From NCBI RefSeq assembly GCF_000150275.1, contig NW_002060953.1:1555646-1619645 (forward strand): a stretch of DNA of 64,000 bases. Direction: 5' to 3'. Below the pieces are notes generated by a model. It was not told where the DNA came from. It saw only the letters and a program-made list of their open reading frames with translations, and did no database searches. Positions 60,560-64,000 of this stretch are shown here, piece after piece. Made by a program: the position numbers and the translations under genes. This stretch comes from Trichoplax adhaerens (taxonomy: Eukaryota > Animalia > Placozoa). Each line of letters opens with the position of its first letter. Position 1 is the stretch's first letter.

Positions 60560-61284
60560 CCAACTTATTGTCCTTAATAGATATTGTAATCAAATTCCAA
60601 TTGAATTGGATATCAGTTATCGCTACTGGAAATTCAATTTCCAGCTATGTCCTGTCAGAACTCCCTCTGTTAGTCAAGAAATATAAAATATGCTTAATAC
60701 TTAATGCGACTATTCATGATAATTACATTCGATCAGATCTTACAGAAATAGTATTAAAGTTAAGGAACCGCAAACGCTCGGACGTCGCTATTCTCATAGG
60801 AAAAGAACCCAATAGATATTCATTTCTTAAGGAAGTCGAGTATTGAAACTTTGCGGGTGAAACTTAATTGGTTCTATTGAACGGTTAAAGTCACCTCGAA
60901 TCAGAAATAATATCAACGGAGCAATTATTAGCTGAGCAATAGGCGTCGAATATCCCATGTCATTATTTAAAAGCTTTAATGCGTAAACGAAAAAATTAAA
61001 TCTATGTAATAATGTTGAAAATTCTTGGTTTATTAGCGCTTGTTCTAAGAAATTAAAGTCTGCAGGTTATAGTTTTATAGCTGCCATGTTGAATTGCAAT
61101 CCTATCAATAATTAAAACAGAATGACATGCTAGCATTGTATACAGTTAATTCTACATCCTTTTCGGTTATGGATGCCGTTTTGTCTTTAGCCTAAGCCCT
61201 TCATAACTTACTATGGTGTAGTTTAAGGCGTTGACCATCATTTAATATAGACAAATTATATCACGATCGTTCTAAAATAAATGA
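60560..61284 (+). pseudogene. Class C GPCR pseudogene, mid-VFT part, truncated by an assembly gap
   Basis: ORF 60568-60846 (DIVIKFQLNWISVIATG..IHDNYIRSDLTEIV) matches the paralog VFT; stops follow, then LNLCNNVENSWF and VMDAVLSLA. 60946-61284 is an inverted copy of 50786-51123. Confidence 0.85.
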
Positions 61285-61334
61285 NNNNNNNNNNNNNNNN
61301 NNNNNNNNNNNNNNNNNNNNNNNNNNNNNNNNNN

Positions 61335-63162
61335 GTCATTTTATAACGCAAAGAGATGAAATGATGTAAAATAAAATTGCAAAAGCTCCTCTCCAATTGA
61401 AACGTAAAACTTTATAACTGATACATTGTGTTCCATTTGAATTACTGTAAAAGAAATTTCGACACCTAGAGCAATTAAGCTGATTATAAGTTGTACTGAT
61501 ACTATACTTAGAGCACTTTCGGCAATTCCAACAACATGTCCACAGTTTCAGAGGTAAGCTGGAATCATGATTTACGCGATAACCTGGTTTACAATCCCTA
61601 CTACAACGTGATGTTGGAGTTTTATTGCTATTCCAAACTATTTTTGTGGAATTAATCGTTAACCCATTTTCCTTACTCCAGTTACCGACTACAATCGGAC
61701 TTAACGACTGCAAGTTATTAATGTATACATTTTGATAATTAACAAAGTTAAATCCAGTTCCACTAGAACCGTCACTGTTAAAATGTATTAAGTCGCTACT
61801 AACTCCTTGAAATTGAATATTTCTTAAACAATGATTTAACTGTTCTCGGTCACGATTAATTTCCATTGCATTAAGAGCGGGACAAGATGTATTAGTACAG
61901 CCTAATTTATGATGTAAAGAATACGCCAAGGCTAAAACTGCGTCCATGATAAAAGCTGTAAATGATTGCGGTACGTAAAAAGTTCTTTTGAGAATCCTTG
62001 CCATTTGAGGACCGTATTTACAGTTAGCTGTAGCCGATTTTGAAATTTCTTTCCGTGCATCAAATAACCACGGATTTCCATGACTATCGCATAAATTAAG
62101 TTTACGTAAGTAATCGTCAAAGTGGCGTATTATTTTTTTATTGACGTCGATACTAATAGCGCCACGGATAATATCGCTGCTAATATTTGCTATTTGTGCT
62201 TCGGTTAACCAATTATAAGTACCGATCCATGTTATTCCAGTAAGCCTTTGCGATTGAGCTTGCTTAAGTAACGCATAGATGATCTTATTATTACCTGTTA
62301 AAATAACGACTTTAGATTTAATCGTTTTCTTCAGATTTTGTATAGCGCTAATCATATCAGATTGGGTATAATTATTAGATATTACAATATTATTAGCGAC
62401 ACATATTTTCTTAAATGAGAATTGGCGTAATAATGTAGTGCTGAATTCTTTATCAATAGTAGAGCCTGTAACTATTACTGAAACCCAATTCCAGTTAAAG
62501 TTACTAATAATATCAGCAATAGCTTCAGCTTGCTGTTTATATGATATAGACGTGCGATAGAAATAAGGACACATAACACCAGAGCTTAATGCAGTAGTAC
62601 GTGAATTATAGGTAATTTGGATGACGCGAAAGGAACTTGTATAATAGGCCAAAGGAATAGTAAGATGGTCAGAATCTTCACCAATAACGCCGATAATTGG
62701 CGGTTCCGAACTAACTGTATTATTTAAGTTATACTGCAGAGTTCGGACAAAAGGATCAAGATTGGCATAATTTAAATTTCGGCTTGATAGCAGTTGAAAA
62801 ATGTTAGACTTTCTGAAATGATATTCTAATGAAGCCATAGCAAGTTCTCGCGATTTACAGGAATCAATCAATGTCCAACCAACTTTAAGTCCAGGTAGTA
62901 ATTTTGGATTTCTATTAACTAGTTCGTCGATCGCATAGATCATAGCTTGCATTAGTTGTACATTTTTTAGTTCACACTGGCTGCAAAGCTTGGTTGTCTC
63001 GTTAAATTGTAAAGAATTTGGGAAAATACCAATTATTTGAACATTTCCAAATTTTTGGCTGTAAACTGGAGCTCTTTCATTTTTCAATGTCACGTTGCTG
63101 ACTAGGCTTAACAGAAAGACGCTGTGGAAAAATATATCTTTTAATTTCAATAATATAGCCAT
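61335..63162 (-). CDS. Class C GPCR, 5' two-thirds (VFT, CRD, start of TM1), cut by gap; near-identical to paralog 6 (possible allelic haplotig)
   Basis: Matches 43923-45750 with about two coding differences seen, and the upstream non-coding DNA also matches. The apparent stop at 61336 arises from a 1-nt deletion at the contig edge. Confidence 0.8.
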
Positions 63163-64000
63163 GCTGTCAAGAAGATCTATAGACCTTAACGACACTAGTT
63201 CTAGTCGATCTTTGTTGCAGGTTTATATTTTTTCCGCTGTAATTTTGCCGCAACTTTTAAGTAAAATAGTAAGAAATACATAAAATTGTTCCAAAAACAA
63301 TGAATTATTCTTGCATTTCATCTGCAATTTATAGCATTTCTAACAATTAATGTATAAAGAACAATCGTTGTATCTTATTCCTTTATGTATCAAATCTTCA
63401 GTACCATTTGCTATTGTAGTATTACTTTAAGATCCGATCATAAGTTCTACTCCCAATAAAGAATTTTGATATTTCAAACTTAAGACACTTTTATCTTAAG
63501 GACTTACTTTAAATATAAGTCACGATAAAAATTTCGTCGCCTGCTAAAACTACAACACCATTATTTAAATTCTATCTTTTACGTTCTTCGATATGGTGAG
63601 ATGAAATTTTTTGTTTCAAAGGTAATTAATACCCATCTTCAATAATATGAAGAGAATTTCAATTTTGAGGCTGGTATATTCAAAGATTTATAAATTTTAG
63701 TTGTTGGGAAAGCAATTAGGATGTAAGCAACTCTTTTCATGTATACAATTAACAGGAAAATGATTATTTCAAGCCGGCTTATTTTATTCATATCGTTTAA
63801 AAAATAAATATTTGATGTTGTTATTGTAATGCTCTATCAGTACGTTTTAAATTAGCTTTGAAAATTTGTAATTGCTTACACTATAGTTAGACATCTACTA
63901 AAATAGTATTATTGCATTCAATACTGTTACCACTAATCAAAGCCAAGCTGCTACAATATATTGAATATCCTAACAGCCAGTGCTAACAATTAGGAATCAA

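Noticed and set aside
61336-63195. Secreted or truncated ectodomain-only receptor isoform
   Set aside because: The stop lies two bases from a contig end and results from a 1-nt indel relative to paralog 6; the gene simply runs into the gap.
1-64000. Prokaryotic features (CRISPR arrays, operons, rRNA/tRNA genes)
   Set aside because: The sequence is eukaryotic with spliceosomal introns; no repeat-spacer array or structural RNA gene was recognisable.

Overview
AT-rich eukaryotic scaffold with four assembly gaps (N at 9182-10018, 15783-16481, 41351-42008, 61285-61334). Base composition, short dense introns and gene content suggest a compact early-branching animal genome, possibly a placozoan such as Trichoplax; this is an inference only. 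The window is dominated by a tandem array of intronless class C (glutamate-family) GPCR genes, each with signal peptide, Venus-flytrap (VFT) domain, cysteine-rich domain (CRD) and 7TM. There are seven complete genes, one gap-truncated near-identical copy and two pseudogene fragments that look like the two halves of one dead gene. Embedded in the array is an intron-rich housekeeping gene missed by the ORF track: UDP-glucuronate decarboxylase (UXS1), with 19 exons traced by hand including an 8-nt micro-exon. The array shows birth-and-death turnover, loss and variation of the canonical amino-acid-binding VFT motifs, a gene-conversion-like tract, a probable ~10 kb inversion carrying the only + strand receptor, a MITE-like element and a long G-U-tolerant hairpin. 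Overall it resembles a lineage-specific chemosensory-type receptor repertoire.
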